Assembly: GCA_964466145.1 (NCBI GenBank)
Contig: CAYXMW010000001.1
Coordinates: forward strand, 1-45,069
Source of the DNA: an uncultured Pseudomonadales bacterium
Lineage (GTDB): Bacteria > Patescibacteriota > Microgenomatia > UBA1400 > PJMF01
Direction of reading: 5' to 3'
Length of the DNA stretch: 45,069 nucleotides
Under the pieces are notes generated by a model that saw nothing but the letters and a program-made list of their open reading frames with translations, was not told where the DNA came from and ran no database searches. Within the stretch, counting starts at the first letter, position 1; every line of letters begins with the position of its first letter. Positions 35,076 through 43,297 of the stretch are shown here, piece by piece. The position numbers and the translations under genes are program-made.

Positions 35076-36452
35076 ATGTCTCTCAGGGGGAAAAGAATTG
35101 GCACAGTCTTATCGATGACGTCTTTAGTGAGTAAAAATGCTCAACCGGGCACCTTTGCAGCTGGAGAAAAATTTATTGATTGGTTAGCTAAATCTAAACA
35201 AAATGCGTGGCAGGTTTTACCACTTCATCAAACTCAACTAGAAAAAGGATCTGCTATTAAACATATCCCCTCACCCTATAAAGGCTATGGCATTGGATTA
35301 AACCCCCGCTTTTTAAGCAATGATGCACCTCAACCATCACCTGAACAACTAGCTGAATTTATTAAAAATAATAATTATTGGCTAGAAGATTATGTTTTAT
35401 TTTGCGCTCTACGAGATCAATTTGGAACCGACAGCTGGAATCAGTGGCCAGCTGATATTAGAAAAAGAAATAAAAATAGCATTAAAAAATGGCAAAAAAA
35501 ACTAGCTTCTCAAATCAATGCCCACATCAAAACTCAAGCACAACTACATCTTTCTTATAAGCAGCTTCAAAAAAAAGCTGCTAGCAAAGAGGTGATGCTG
35601 ATTGGAGATCTACCTCTTTATTTAAGCCTAAATAGTTCTCTGGTGTGGCAATTTCAAAATCTATTTGATATTAGCAAAGATGGAAAGATGCAACGAACAA
35701 GTGGCGTACCAATAGGTCCAAAATCCCATTTTGGAAGACAAATCTGGGGTCATCCTCTATATAAGTGGCAAGAGAGAAATTTAATCCCAAAAATAGAAAA
35801 ATTATTTGAAATTAGACTCAAGTACCTAGCTCAGCTTTTTGATTGGGTGAGAATCGATCATGCTAAAGGCCTCTTTACTTACGCTGCCATGGATTTAACT
35901 ACAAGAAATGCTGATCAGTATTTGCCAGGTCCTGGAAAAAAATTCTTAGAAAAAATAATTAATTTTGCCCATCAACAAAACTTAAACATTTATGCAGAAG
36001 ATACTGGGGATAAACTTAAAGACCTGAGGGAGTGTTTACAGTCTCACCAAATACCAGGCATTAAAATTTTCATATATGCTTACAATGAAAAGAAAAAGAG
36101 ATTCGTAGATCAATATCTAGAGGTTGATCAATATCAACCCAATAATTTTGCCTATACCACTACTCATGATACAGAAACCTTAATGGGTTACTTGCAACAA
36201 CTTTCAGCAACTGAAATCAATACTTTAATTAAAAAACTAAATATCAATAAGACTGATAATTTGAAACTTCTAGCTAAGCAAATCAAAGATAAAATAATTA
36301 ATTCCCCAGCAAAAATAGCACTCATTACTCTTCAAGATTGGCTGTATACTACCGAACGCATCAATATCCCTGGCACTGAAAAAGAAATCGATGATCCAAA
36401 CTGGAGATATCAAATGATCACGCCAATAGAAGACCTACCGACAAACCTATGA
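35076..36452 (+). CDS. malQ: 4-alpha-glucanotransferase (amylomaltase, GH77)
   Basis: GH77 catalytic contexts VRIDHAKG, YAEDTGD and TTTHDT. N-terminal RIGTVLSMTSL. Confidence 0.85.
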   Translation: MSLRGKRIGTVLSMTSLVSKNAQPGTFAAGEKFIDWLAKSKQNAWQVLPLHQTQLEKGSAIKHIPSPYKGYGIGLNPRFLSNDAPQPSPEQLAEFIKNNNYWLEDYVLFCALRDQFGTDSWNQWPADIRKRNKNSIKKWQKKLASQINAHIKTQAQLHLSYKQLQKKAASKEVMLIGDLPLYLSLNSSLVWQFQNLFDISKDGKMQRTSGVPIGPKSHFGRQIWGHPLYKWQERNLIPKIEKLFEIRLKYLAQLFDWVRIDHAKGLFTYAAMDLTTRNADQYLPGPGKKFLEKIINFAHQQNLNIYAEDTGDKLKDLRECLQSHQIPGIKIFIYAYNEKKKRFVDQYLEVDQYQPNNFAYTTTHDTETLMGYLQQLSATEINTLIKKLNINKTDNLKLLAKQIKDKIINSPAKIALITLQDWLYTTERINIPGTEKEIDDPNWRYQMITPIEDLPTNL

Positions 36453-36526
36453 AAAAATGCAGATCATCTTGCATACCAGCTAATTTTTCTGCACTCTGTT
36501 TGAAAAAGTCAGGGTCCGTAATATGA
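36449..36526 (+). CDS. Mini-ORF C (25 codons, MKKCRSSCIPANFSALCLKKSGSVI) bridging malQ and glgA
   Basis: ATG 36449 overlaps the malQ stop TGA 36450-36452. Its own TGA 36524-36526 overlaps the glgA ATG 36523-36525. It contains ATACCAGCTAATTTT (36473-36487), the core shared with mini-ORFs A and B. Confidence 0.35.
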   Translation: MKKCRSSCIPANFSALCLKKSGSVI

Positions 36527-38049
36527 AAATATTAATGGTCACCGCTGAAGCCGCTCCCTTTGTGAGGATAGGTGGACTCTCACAAGTTATCTACTTTTTA
36601 TCTAAAGAACTAATTAAACAAGGTCATGATGTGCGTGTTTTTATGCCAAAGTATGGGGTAATTAAAAAAACATTTGAAACAAAGCAAGTGGCAACAGATT
36701 TAGAAATACCATTCGGTAAACTTAATAAGAATAAAGTTTTGTGCAATGTGAAAGTTAACCATTCTCAGAAAAATTCTCCATCAACTTACTTCTTAGAAAA
36801 CAGGGAGTATTACGAGTTGCGAGCTAATGTTTTTGCTTATAAAGATGATCATCTTCGTTTTTTACTCCTATCAAGAGGTTGTTTAGAGTGGTTATCACTT
36901 GAACAACAAAAAAAAGATGGTTGGAAGCCAGATATTATCCATTGTCATGACTGGCATACTGGGTACCTGATTGATGAAATTCGCCGCAACCCTCGCTACT
37001 CAAAAAAATTCTCTAAGACACCAACTCTATACACTGTTCATAACTTTAAATACCAAGGTAATACAATCTTTAAATATAAATCTCCTCAAAAGCAAGACAA
37101 TGGCGTTAGACTATTAAATACTACTGATGAAAAGAAGCTTCTTAACCAAAACCCCCTATTACGAGGCATGCTCTATGCAGATTGGGTAAATACAGTTTCT
37201 AAATCTCATGCTCTAGAAGCAATGACCGCCGAGTATGGCGAAGGCCTCGAAAAAATTATTACCAAAATGAAGGGAAAGTTCTCAGGAATCTTAAATGGAT
37301 TAGACAATAAAGAGTTTAATCCTAGCACTGATCCGTTTTTAGAAAAAAACTACTCAGTTAATTCAATTGAAAAAAGAGCCTCTAACAAAACAGAGCTCCA
37401 AAAAGATTTTAATTTGCCTGAAGATGAAAATGCTTTTTTACTTGGATTTGTGGGTCGTCTTTCTAAACAAAAAGGCCTAGACATCTTAATCCCTGTCGTC
37501 AAAAGATTTTTGGAAGAATTTTCAGCTCAATTTATTTTTCTAGGCAGTGGAAATGGCGAATATAAAAATCAGCTAAATAAACTCCAAAAAAAATTCCCCA
37601 ATAATGTTAGCGTTCATCTTTATCCTGATTTTAAACTGCCTCGGAAAATATTTTCTGGAGCTGATGCAGTTCTAATACCTAGTATTTTTGAGCCAGGTGG
37701 AATTGTAGCTCTGGAAGCAATGAGGTATGGGGCAATCCCAATTGTTAGAAAAACTGGTGGCTTAGCTGACAGTGTCATTGACTTTGATCCGCAAACAAAA
37801 GCCGGAAATGGTTTTATTTTCGAACAATTTTCTCAGTGGTCATTGTTTGCTACTTTAGTCAGAGCCATGACCATCAACCAACAACCATCATTATGGAAAA
37901 AACTTGTTAGAAACGCCATGAAATCTGACTTTTCTTGGAGAGTAACTGCTGGTGAATATCAAAGTTTATATCAGCGAATCATCAAACAAAGAAAAAGATT
38001 TATCAGCATTAATCCACACTTAGCCTATGATCCTCTTCACAAAGACTAA
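36523..38049 (+). CDS. glgA: Glycogen/starch synthase (GT5)
   Basis: MKILMVTAEAAPFVRIGGLSQV (a KxGGL-type motif that reads RIGGL here), NGLDNKEFNP, and SIFEPGGIVALEAMRYG. Confidence 0.9.
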   Translation: MKILMVTAEAAPFVRIGGLSQVIYFLSKELIKQGHDVRVFMPKYGVIKKTFETKQVATDLEIPFGKLNKNKVLCNVKVNHSQKNSPSTYFLENREYYELRANVFAYKDDHLRFLLLSRGCLEWLSLEQQKKDGWKPDIIHCHDWHTGYLIDEIRRNPRYSKKFSKTPTLYTVHNFKYQGNTIFKYKSPQKQDNGVRLLNTTDEKKLLNQNPLLRGMLYADWVNTVSKSHALEAMTAEYGEGLEKIITKMKGKFSGILNGLDNKEFNPSTDPFLEKNYSVNSIEKRASNKTELQKDFNLPEDENAFLLGFVGRLSKQKGLDILIPVVKRFLEEFSAQFIFLGSGNGEYKNQLNKLQKKFPNNVSVHLYPDFKLPRKIFSGADAVLIPSIFEPGGIVALEAMRYGAIPIVRKTGGLADSVIDFDPQTKAGNGFIFEQFSQWSLFATLVRAMTINQQPSLWKKLVRNAMKSDFSWRVTAGEYQSLYQRIIKQRKRFISINPHLAYDPLHKD

Positions 38050-38086
38050 TTAAAATTTGCTAGGATGAAATACATATCGCATAAAT

Positions 38087-39793
38087 ATGATTAATCCTGC
38101 CTCAAAAATCAGTAAATCTAATCAACACCTCGATCTATCTAAATCTCTTTCGGTAGCTTATTTCTGCATGGAATTTGCTTTAGATGATGACTACGGCATC
38201 TATTCCGGAGGTCTGGGAATACTGGCAGGCGACATACTTCATCAAGCAAACGACAGTAAAGCCAGACTAGCTGGAATAGGCTTGGCTTATGACCTAACTT
38301 ACAAACAAAAATTAGCTAAAGATGGTCGGCAGATTGAAGAAGATATTCTGATTGACCCAGAAGTAAATGGATTAACTAAAATAACCGACAGTAGTTCCAA
38401 GCCGATTGAGATCACTATTCCCATCCAAGACAGACAAGTTAAGATTCAAGCCTGGATAAAAAAAATAGGTCAAACCAGCATTATTCTACTTGATACTAAC
38501 GTTCCAGAAAACTCAACTGCAGACCAAAATATTACTAATCAACTCTATACTGGTGATCGAGAACATCGTCTTCTTCAGGAAATGGTGCTGGGAATTGGTG
38601 GGGTGCGAATACTACATGCCATGGGACTAGAACCAGACGTTTACCATATGAATGAAGGTCACAGTGCCTTTTTATCTCTGGAAGTAGCCCATCATTTCAA
38701 ACATCACACTGAAGGCATGAGCCTTGATTTAGCCATTAAAAAATGTAGCCAAAAAATTGTTTTTACCAATCACACTTTAGTAGCTGCTGGCAAAGACGTT
38801 TTCTCATTTGATTTAGTTTCTACTTATTTACTTGAATATGCCAAAGAAATTGAGATACCGATTGATCAAATTATTAAGATGGGAAAGATTAAAGATACTT
38901 CATTGTTTTCGGTGGACATGATGGCATTACGCAATGCTTGCCGGACTAATGCTGTTAGTGAGTATCATGCCGAGAAAGCGAAAGAGATTTGGACAAATCA
39001 TCCTTTAATTCCAATTACCAATGGTATTTATATTCCCCGCTGGATATCACCTCATAAAGCAGCACTTATTGAAAATGGACTCACGGAGCAATCTGGAAAA
39101 GATTTTTGGCTAGCTCACCAGCAAGATAAGATAGAATTAATTAAATACGTTCAAGAACATACAGAGAAAACTATTCCTCAGGATGCTTTAATTATCTCTT
39201 GGGCCCGGAGGTTTGTTTCTTACAAGCGCCCCCTAGCTTTGTTTTGGCAATTAGATTGGCTGGAGCAAATTATTAAAGATAGCCCCGTCCCGATTCACTT
39301 TCTGTTTGGCGGCAAACTACATCCTAATAATGATGAAGGTAAAGAGCTCATGTCTCAGGTGGTTAACTTATCAAAAGGAGATCGCTTTAAAAACCACTTA
39401 ACTTTTGTACCTAATTACAATCTTGAGGTAGCTAAGTATTTGGTGCGAGGCAGCGATGTTTGGCTTAATACTCCAATTGAAGGTTATGAAGCTTGTGGCA
39501 CTAGTGGGATGAAGGCAGCTCTCAATGGCGTCCTCCAGTGCAGCACTAATGATGGCTGGGTCAGAGAAGTGGATTGGAGTAAGATTGGCTGGATCCTCGA
39601 TAGCGAGCACATTTCCGAATCACTCTACGAAACTATCGAAAAACAGATTATTCCTTTATTTACTGATCGTCAAAAAGACTATCCGAAACAATGGGTGAAG
39701 CAAATGATTAAATCTAGCAATATTAGTAAAAATGGTTACTCAGCTGAAAGAATGCTCAACGATTACTACATTCAGCTGTATGGGGTGGAGTAA
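38087..39793 (+). CDS. glgP: Alpha-glucan phosphorylase (GT35, short maltodextrin-phosphorylase-like type)
   Basis: AYFCMEFAL...GGLGILAGD near the N-terminus and the PLP-lysine context EACGTSGMKAALNG. Confidence 0.85.
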   Translation: MINPASKISKSNQHLDLSKSLSVAYFCMEFALDDDYGIYSGGLGILAGDILHQANDSKARLAGIGLAYDLTYKQKLAKDGRQIEEDILIDPEVNGLTKITDSSSKPIEITIPIQDRQVKIQAWIKKIGQTSIILLDTNVPENSTADQNITNQLYTGDREHRLLQEMVLGIGGVRILHAMGLEPDVYHMNEGHSAFLSLEVAHHFKHHTEGMSLDLAIKKCSQKIVFTNHTLVAAGKDVFSFDLVSTYLLEYAKEIEIPIDQIIKMGKIKDTSLFSVDMMALRNACRTNAVSEYHAEKAKEIWTNHPLIPITNGIYIPRWISPHKAALIENGLTEQSGKDFWLAHQQDKIELIKYVQEHTEKTIPQDALIISWARRFVSYKRPLALFWQLDWLEQIIKDSPVPIHFLFGGKLHPNNDEGKELMSQVVNLSKGDRFKNHLTFVPNYNLEVAKYLVRGSDVWLNTPIEGYEACGTSGMKAALNGVLQCSTNDGWVREVDWSKIGWILDSEHISESLYETIEKQIIPLFTDRQKDYPKQWVKQMIKSSNISKNGYSAERMLNDYYIQLYGVE

Positions 39794-39803
39794 GAAAATA
39801 ACT

Positions 39804-40292
39804 CTAGTTCAATCTTCGATGAGGTCTCACAGATTCATCTTTAAGCTCTAGTCTCTGGTAAATTTGTTTCATTTGACCTCTTCTACTCCAATGATCATTT
39901 AACCCTAGCCTATCAATCATAAAACCAGCCGCTAAAATAGCTAATACAAAAGATACTACAATTAACTTAAAATTCTTTTGATAAGAAAAGTCATATTTTC
40001 TAAGAAGATTTATTCCCAAAACAACTCCAACAACTGCCAATACTGGTATCCACCAAGGAAAATTCTTTAGCATCATCTGTAATTTCCAAGAAACCATTGG
40101 TCCACGCCCTCTTAAAGTAAAAACAGTCAAATTAACTAAAAACATTGCTCCCATACCAAGAGTAATAATTCCACTTAAAAGAGATATTGAACCCACCACG
40201 AAATACCACTTAGGCTTCATCTTAATCTGCCCAGTTTTAACCTGGGACATGATTTTTTCTGCTAGTTTTAATTGACTTTTTTTATTTGACAT
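39804..40292 (-). CDS. Four-TM membrane protein, candidate anti-sigma partner
   Basis: 162 aa. Overlaps the 3' end of the ECF sigma gene by 25 nt. No recognisable zinc anti-sigma motif; the role is inferred from position only. Confidence 0.35.
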   Translation of the reverse strand: MSNKKSQLKLAEKIMSQVKTGQIKMKPKWYFVVGSISLLSGIITLGMGAMFLVNLTVFTLRGRGPMVSWKLQMMLKNFPWWIPVLAVVGVVLGINLLRKYDFSYQKNFKLIVVSFVLAILAAGFMIDRLGLNDHWSRRGQMKQIYQRLELKDESVRPHRRLN

Positions 40293-40819
40293 TTTTTTTT
40301 CATTATTAATTTAGCTCTATTTATTCTAGTTCCCACAGTTCCAGTAGGAATTCGTAAAATATCACTAATTTCACTATATGATTTATCTTCTAAAAAATAC
40401 AAACTCAAAGGCTCTCTGTATAAGAGTGGTATTTCTTCAAGACAATCATTCACCATTTTTTCAATTTCTTTTTTAGTATATTCTTCCTCAATATTGATGC
40501 CACTATCAAAATTGACATCTTCAAAAAGAGGTTTCTCTTTTTTATATTTATTAATTAAATTAATCGCTTCATTATGAACAATCCGATAAATCCAGCTTGA
40601 AAATTGACGCTTACTATCAAAGCTGTTGAGCTTAACATACGCCTTAATAAATGCATCTTGAACCACATCTGCAGCTCTATCGTCATCATTTACTAAGTAT
40701 TTCGCATATCTCATCAATTTTTTTTGATAGCGCTTCACTACTTCAGCATAAACTTCTTTATCTTTGTTTCTAGTAATTTCAATAACTTCCTCATCGGAAA
40801 GTTTTGATAAATCAAGCAT
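40268..40819 (-). CDS. ECF-type RNA polymerase sigma-70 family factor
   Basis: Region 2 (AADVVQDAFIKAYVKL...WIYRIVHNEAIN) and region 4 HTH (SYSEISDILRIPTGTVGTRINRAK). Confidence 0.85.
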   Translation of the reverse strand: MLDLSKLSDEEVIEITRNKDKEVYAEVVKRYQKKLMRYAKYLVNDDDRAADVVQDAFIKAYVKLNSFDSKRQFSSWIYRIVHNEAINLINKYKKEKPLFEDVNFDSGINIEEEYTKKEIEKMVNDCLEEIPLLYREPLSLYFLEDKSYSEISDILRIPTGTVGTRINRAKLIMKKKCQIKKVN

Positions 40820-40828
40820 TATTTTCTA

Positions 40829-40834
40829 ATTATA
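40829..40834 (-). promoter_or_regulatory. Putative -10 box (TATAAT) 9 nt upstream of the ECF sigma ATG
   Basis: The minus strand reads aaaaataTATAATtagaaaataATG, with no SD. Confidence 0.4.
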
Positions 40835-40848
40835 TATTTTTATATCTA

Positions 40849-40884
40849 CGCTTAAACCCCCACTTAAAAGTGAGGGAGTAAGCG
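40849..40884 (-). terminator. Imperfect GC-containing hairpin downstream of the 125-aa secreted-protein gene
   Basis: Minus strand CGCUUACUCCCUCACUUUUAAGUGGGGGUUUAAGCG. No U-tract follows, so terminator function is uncertain. Confidence 0.3.
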
Positions 40885-40897
40885 TGTAACTGATCAA

Positions 40898-41275
40898 TTA
40901 TTTACTATATCGACCTCTACCGTTACCTTTCTGACCTGGGCCAGAACCATTGCGCAAACCTAAACCGAGCTCTTCTCTAATTTGCTTGGCTTCATCTAAT
41001 TTCCCTGCTTGAGCTAATTGATGAGCTTCTGCAAAACGAGCAAAATTATCTTGGTTGACAACTTGCGTGACTCTGCCTTTATCCTGCATCTGCTCTCTCC
41101 AAGCATTGTAGTCATTACTATCAAATGCCTGAGTCATAGCTTGATGTCGCTCTGCGGAATAATCTGGACCTTGAGCGCCAGGGTCACCCCTGTAAGCTTC
41201 TACTTGACCAGAAAGAGTAGAAAGTCCTGCTAAAGATAGTGCTAAAGCACCTAAAACTAATCCTGTCTTTTTCAT
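40898..41275 (-). CDS. Small secreted protein of unknown function
   Basis: Signal peptide (MKKTGLVLGALALSLAGLSTLSGQVEA), helical core, Gly/Arg-rich tail. Strong SD (AAGGAGG). Confidence 0.5.
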   Translation of the reverse strand: MKKTGLVLGALALSLAGLSTLSGQVEAYRGDPGAQGPDYSAERHQAMTQAFDSNDYNAWREQMQDKGRVTQVVNQDNFARFAEAHQLAQAGKLDEAKQIREELGLGLRNGSGPGQKGNGRGRYSK

Positions 41276-41374
41276 ATTTACCTCCTTTCCCTCTGCTTAT
41301 TTGTTACTTACTCTTAATACAAAGTAAGTCCCAAATTTATTTCATGGAAAAGAGGCAGTTATTCTAAATAACTC

Positions 41375-41986
41375 TTAGTTAGCAAGTAGCTTAGCTAGCC
41401 AGCCAAAAAGACTGAATCCCGAGAGCTGCTCTGTGAGTTGAGCTTCAAGTCCATCTGCTTCAGTTTGTAGCTCATTAATAGAGACCTGAACATCTTCAGC
41501 GTCAGCGGATAAAGAATCTTCTTTAATTTGTTCTAGTTTTTTAATATCATTTCTTAAACCAACCACATCACTTCTCACTTGACCAGCATTTTTATAATCA
41601 GGACCAATCATAAATTTTAAGGCCTGATTTCTTTGATCCATTTGGTGAAGAGCTGTCTTGGTTCTGACTTGCACCTGCTCATGATTTTGAACCATAGATC
41701 TAACTTGCTCACCAACTTCTGGGTTATTATTACGCTCAGCAACTCGTTTTAGACTCCCAATCGCTTTCCCAAAGCCCTCATTGACTGTTCCAACTTCTCC
41801 TTGCTGTCCACCCTGACCCAATTGATCACCTTGGGGAGGAACCACTCCTGTTTCAACAACAGTAATAGGATCTTGAATTCCTCGCTGAGTTCCGGTCATG
41901 CTTGGTTTGTTGCCTTGAGCTAATACAAAGGATGGTGCCGTAAGCACTGCTAGTGAGATAGCTGAGACGGTAATTACTTTTTTCAC
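41375..41986 (-). CDS. Secreted coiled-coil protein of unknown function
   Basis: Signal peptide (…LTAPSFVLAQG), Q/G-rich region, long helical C-terminal part. GTG start with AGGGAGAA SD. Confidence 0.5.
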   Translation of the reverse strand: MKKVITVSAISLAVLTAPSFVLAQGNKPSMTGTQRGIQDPITVVETGVVPPQGDQLGQGGQQGEVGTVNEGFGKAIGSLKRVAERNNNPEVGEQVRSMVQNHEQVQVRTKTALHQMDQRNQALKFMIGPDYKNAGQVRSDVVGLRNDIKKLEQIKEDSLSADAEDVQVSINELQTEADGLEAQLTEQLSGFSLFGWLAKLLAN

Positions 41987-42128
41987 AATTTTCTCCCTTT
42001 AATTAATTATTATTTTTAGAATCAATCTGTGATATCGCGCTATATCAACATACTAGTTCAAGCCTACTAGAATAGCAACTTTTTTTTCTAAAAAATTTAT
42101 TGCGAACCTTACCTATATAACATTTGCC

Positions 42129-42137
42129 TGATATAAT
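42129..42137 (+). promoter_or_regulatory. Putative extended -10 promoter (TGaTATAAT) of the zinc-ribbon gene
   Basis: ccTGATATAATgg lies about 31 nt upstream of ATG 42169. Confidence 0.45.
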
Positions 42138-42168
42138 GGTGATTACATAAATTTAAGAAAATTTGATT

Positions 42169-42792
42169 ATGAGAAATTTTAACGATAACAATAGATCTAG
42201 AAGACCTCGTGGCGGAAGAGATTTTGACCGAAGAGGAAGAAGAGATAGTGGTCGGCGCCGAATGCATGACGCCATTTGCGCGGACTGTGGTGACAACTGC
42301 AAAGTTCCTTTTATACCTAGCTCTGGAAAACCTGTTTACTGTAGCAACTGTTTTGAAAAAAGAGGAAATGGAAATCGTAACTCTAGACAAGACTCCAGAA
42401 GACCTAGTTTTTCCAACAGAGATAATAGATCATCTAGAGATAGTCGCCCAGCTAGAAATAGTCGTCCTCAAAAAGATTACGATCAACAGTTTGAGACCAT
42501 TGATGCCAAACTCAACAAAATTCTAGGAATATTAATCCCAAAAAAAGAAGCGGCCGAAATTAAACCAGCTGCCGTTATCGAAGAAGCAATGGTTAAAGAA
42601 CCAATCGTTGAAGTTGAGACTCAAGAAGAGCCAGTTGTAGAAAAAGCAGCTGTTGAAGAAAAGGTTGTCCCAGCCGAAACAGAAGCAGAAATAGCTGCTA
42701 AAGAAATTATTGAAACAGAAGTAGAAGCAGCTGTTGAAGAAAAAACTGTCGCAGCCGAAACAGAAGCAGCTGTTGAAGAAAAAACTGTTTAA
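42169..42792 (+). CDS. CxxC-x17-CxxC zinc-ribbon protein with Arg-rich flanks and acidic repeat tail
   Basis: CADC-(17 residues)-CSNC counted directly. R/G/S/N/D-rich segments lie on both sides. The C-terminal tail consists of AAVEEKTVAAETE-type repeats. ATG 42169 is preferred over TTG 42163. Confidence 0.7.
   Translation: MRNFNDNNRSRRPRGGRDFDRRGRRDSGRRRMHDAICADCGDNCKVPFIPSSGKPVYCSNCFEKRGNGNRNSRQDSRRPSFSNRDNRSSRDSRPARNSRPQKDYDQQFETIDAKLNKILGILIPKKEAAEIKPAAVIEEAMVKEPIVEVETQEEPVVEKAAVEEKVVPAETEAEIAAKEIIETEVEAAVEEKTVAAETEAAVEEKTV
42646..42789 (+). repeat. In-frame 39-nt coding repeats (GCAGCTGTTGAAGAAAAxxxTGTCxCAGCCGAAACAGAA)
   Basis: Copies at 42646-42684 and 42727-42765, plus a partial copy at 42766-42789, encoding A-A-V-E-E-K-(V/T)-V-(P/A)-A-E-T-E. 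Confidence 0.6.
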
Positions 42793-43107
42793 TTAAGACT
42801 TTTCTTTTTTAATTGTTTTCCAGTGATACAGATAAACTGGTGTTCCAACTATAATCATGGCTAAAGAGTTACTCATCTGGCGTTTTCGCTGGTTAGTCTC
42901 TTCTGCCTCATTCCTCTCATCCATTTCTTCTACAGATAGCTGAGGTTTTCCTTCCAATGTTGGCTCAGGATAATAAACTCGATTACTGACTTTAAACACA
43001 TAAACTTTCAATCCCAAGTCAACTAACTGCACGCTGCCGATAATCGTAGTAAAAAGACCCACGAAAGCAAAAAGATATAAATAGAGCAAGCGGATATTAA
43101 ATTTCAT
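42793..43107 (-). CDS. Small two-TM membrane protein
   Basis: 104 aa with TM helices at both ends flanking an acidic loop. AAGGAGGA SD. Its stop abuts the zinc-ribbon gene stop (TAATTA). Confidence 0.5.
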   Translation of the reverse strand: MKFNIRLLYLYLFAFVGLFTTIIGSVQLVDLGLKVYVFKVSNRVYYPEPTLEGKPQLSVEEMDERNEAEETNQRKRQMSNSLAMIIVGTPVYLYHWKTIKKEKS

Positions 43108-43162
43108 AAATCCTCCTTTGAACTAAGTCTATCATTAAAAATTTACCTGGCGTGAAGAATTT

Positions 43163-43224
43163 AAAAAAAAACGGACGACACTTGTTTTAAACTCCAAAAA
43201 ATCTGGAGACAGTAATTCGTCCGT
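43163..43224 (-). terminator. Rho-independent terminator with nested hairpin
   Basis: The minus strand reads ACGGACGA-(38 nt containing CUCCAGAUUUUUUGGAG)-UCGUCCGU followed by eight U. Lies about 74 nt downstream of the 347-aa gene. Confidence 0.6.
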
Positions 43225-43297
43225 AGTAGTAAACAAAAAAGTCGTCAAATAATCTGGCACTAGCTCTTTAAAGTTGAATAGAATTAAGATGCTTCCG

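Noticed and set aside
38065-38094. 9-codon ORF (MKYISHKYD) overlapping the glgP start out of frame
   Set aside because: It is very short, has no SD spacing or -10 geometry and no similarity to mini-ORFs A-C. Chance occurrence is likely in AT-rich spacer.
42109-42526. ORFs 42109-42390 (-) and 42209-42526 (+, alternative frame) overlapping the zinc-ribbon gene
   Set aside because: They are by-products of the AGA/GAA-rich repeats that encode the Arg-rich region; reading the other frame gives poly-Glu or Ser runs. The CxxC-x17-CxxC frame is the only one with a recognisable motif and a promoter.
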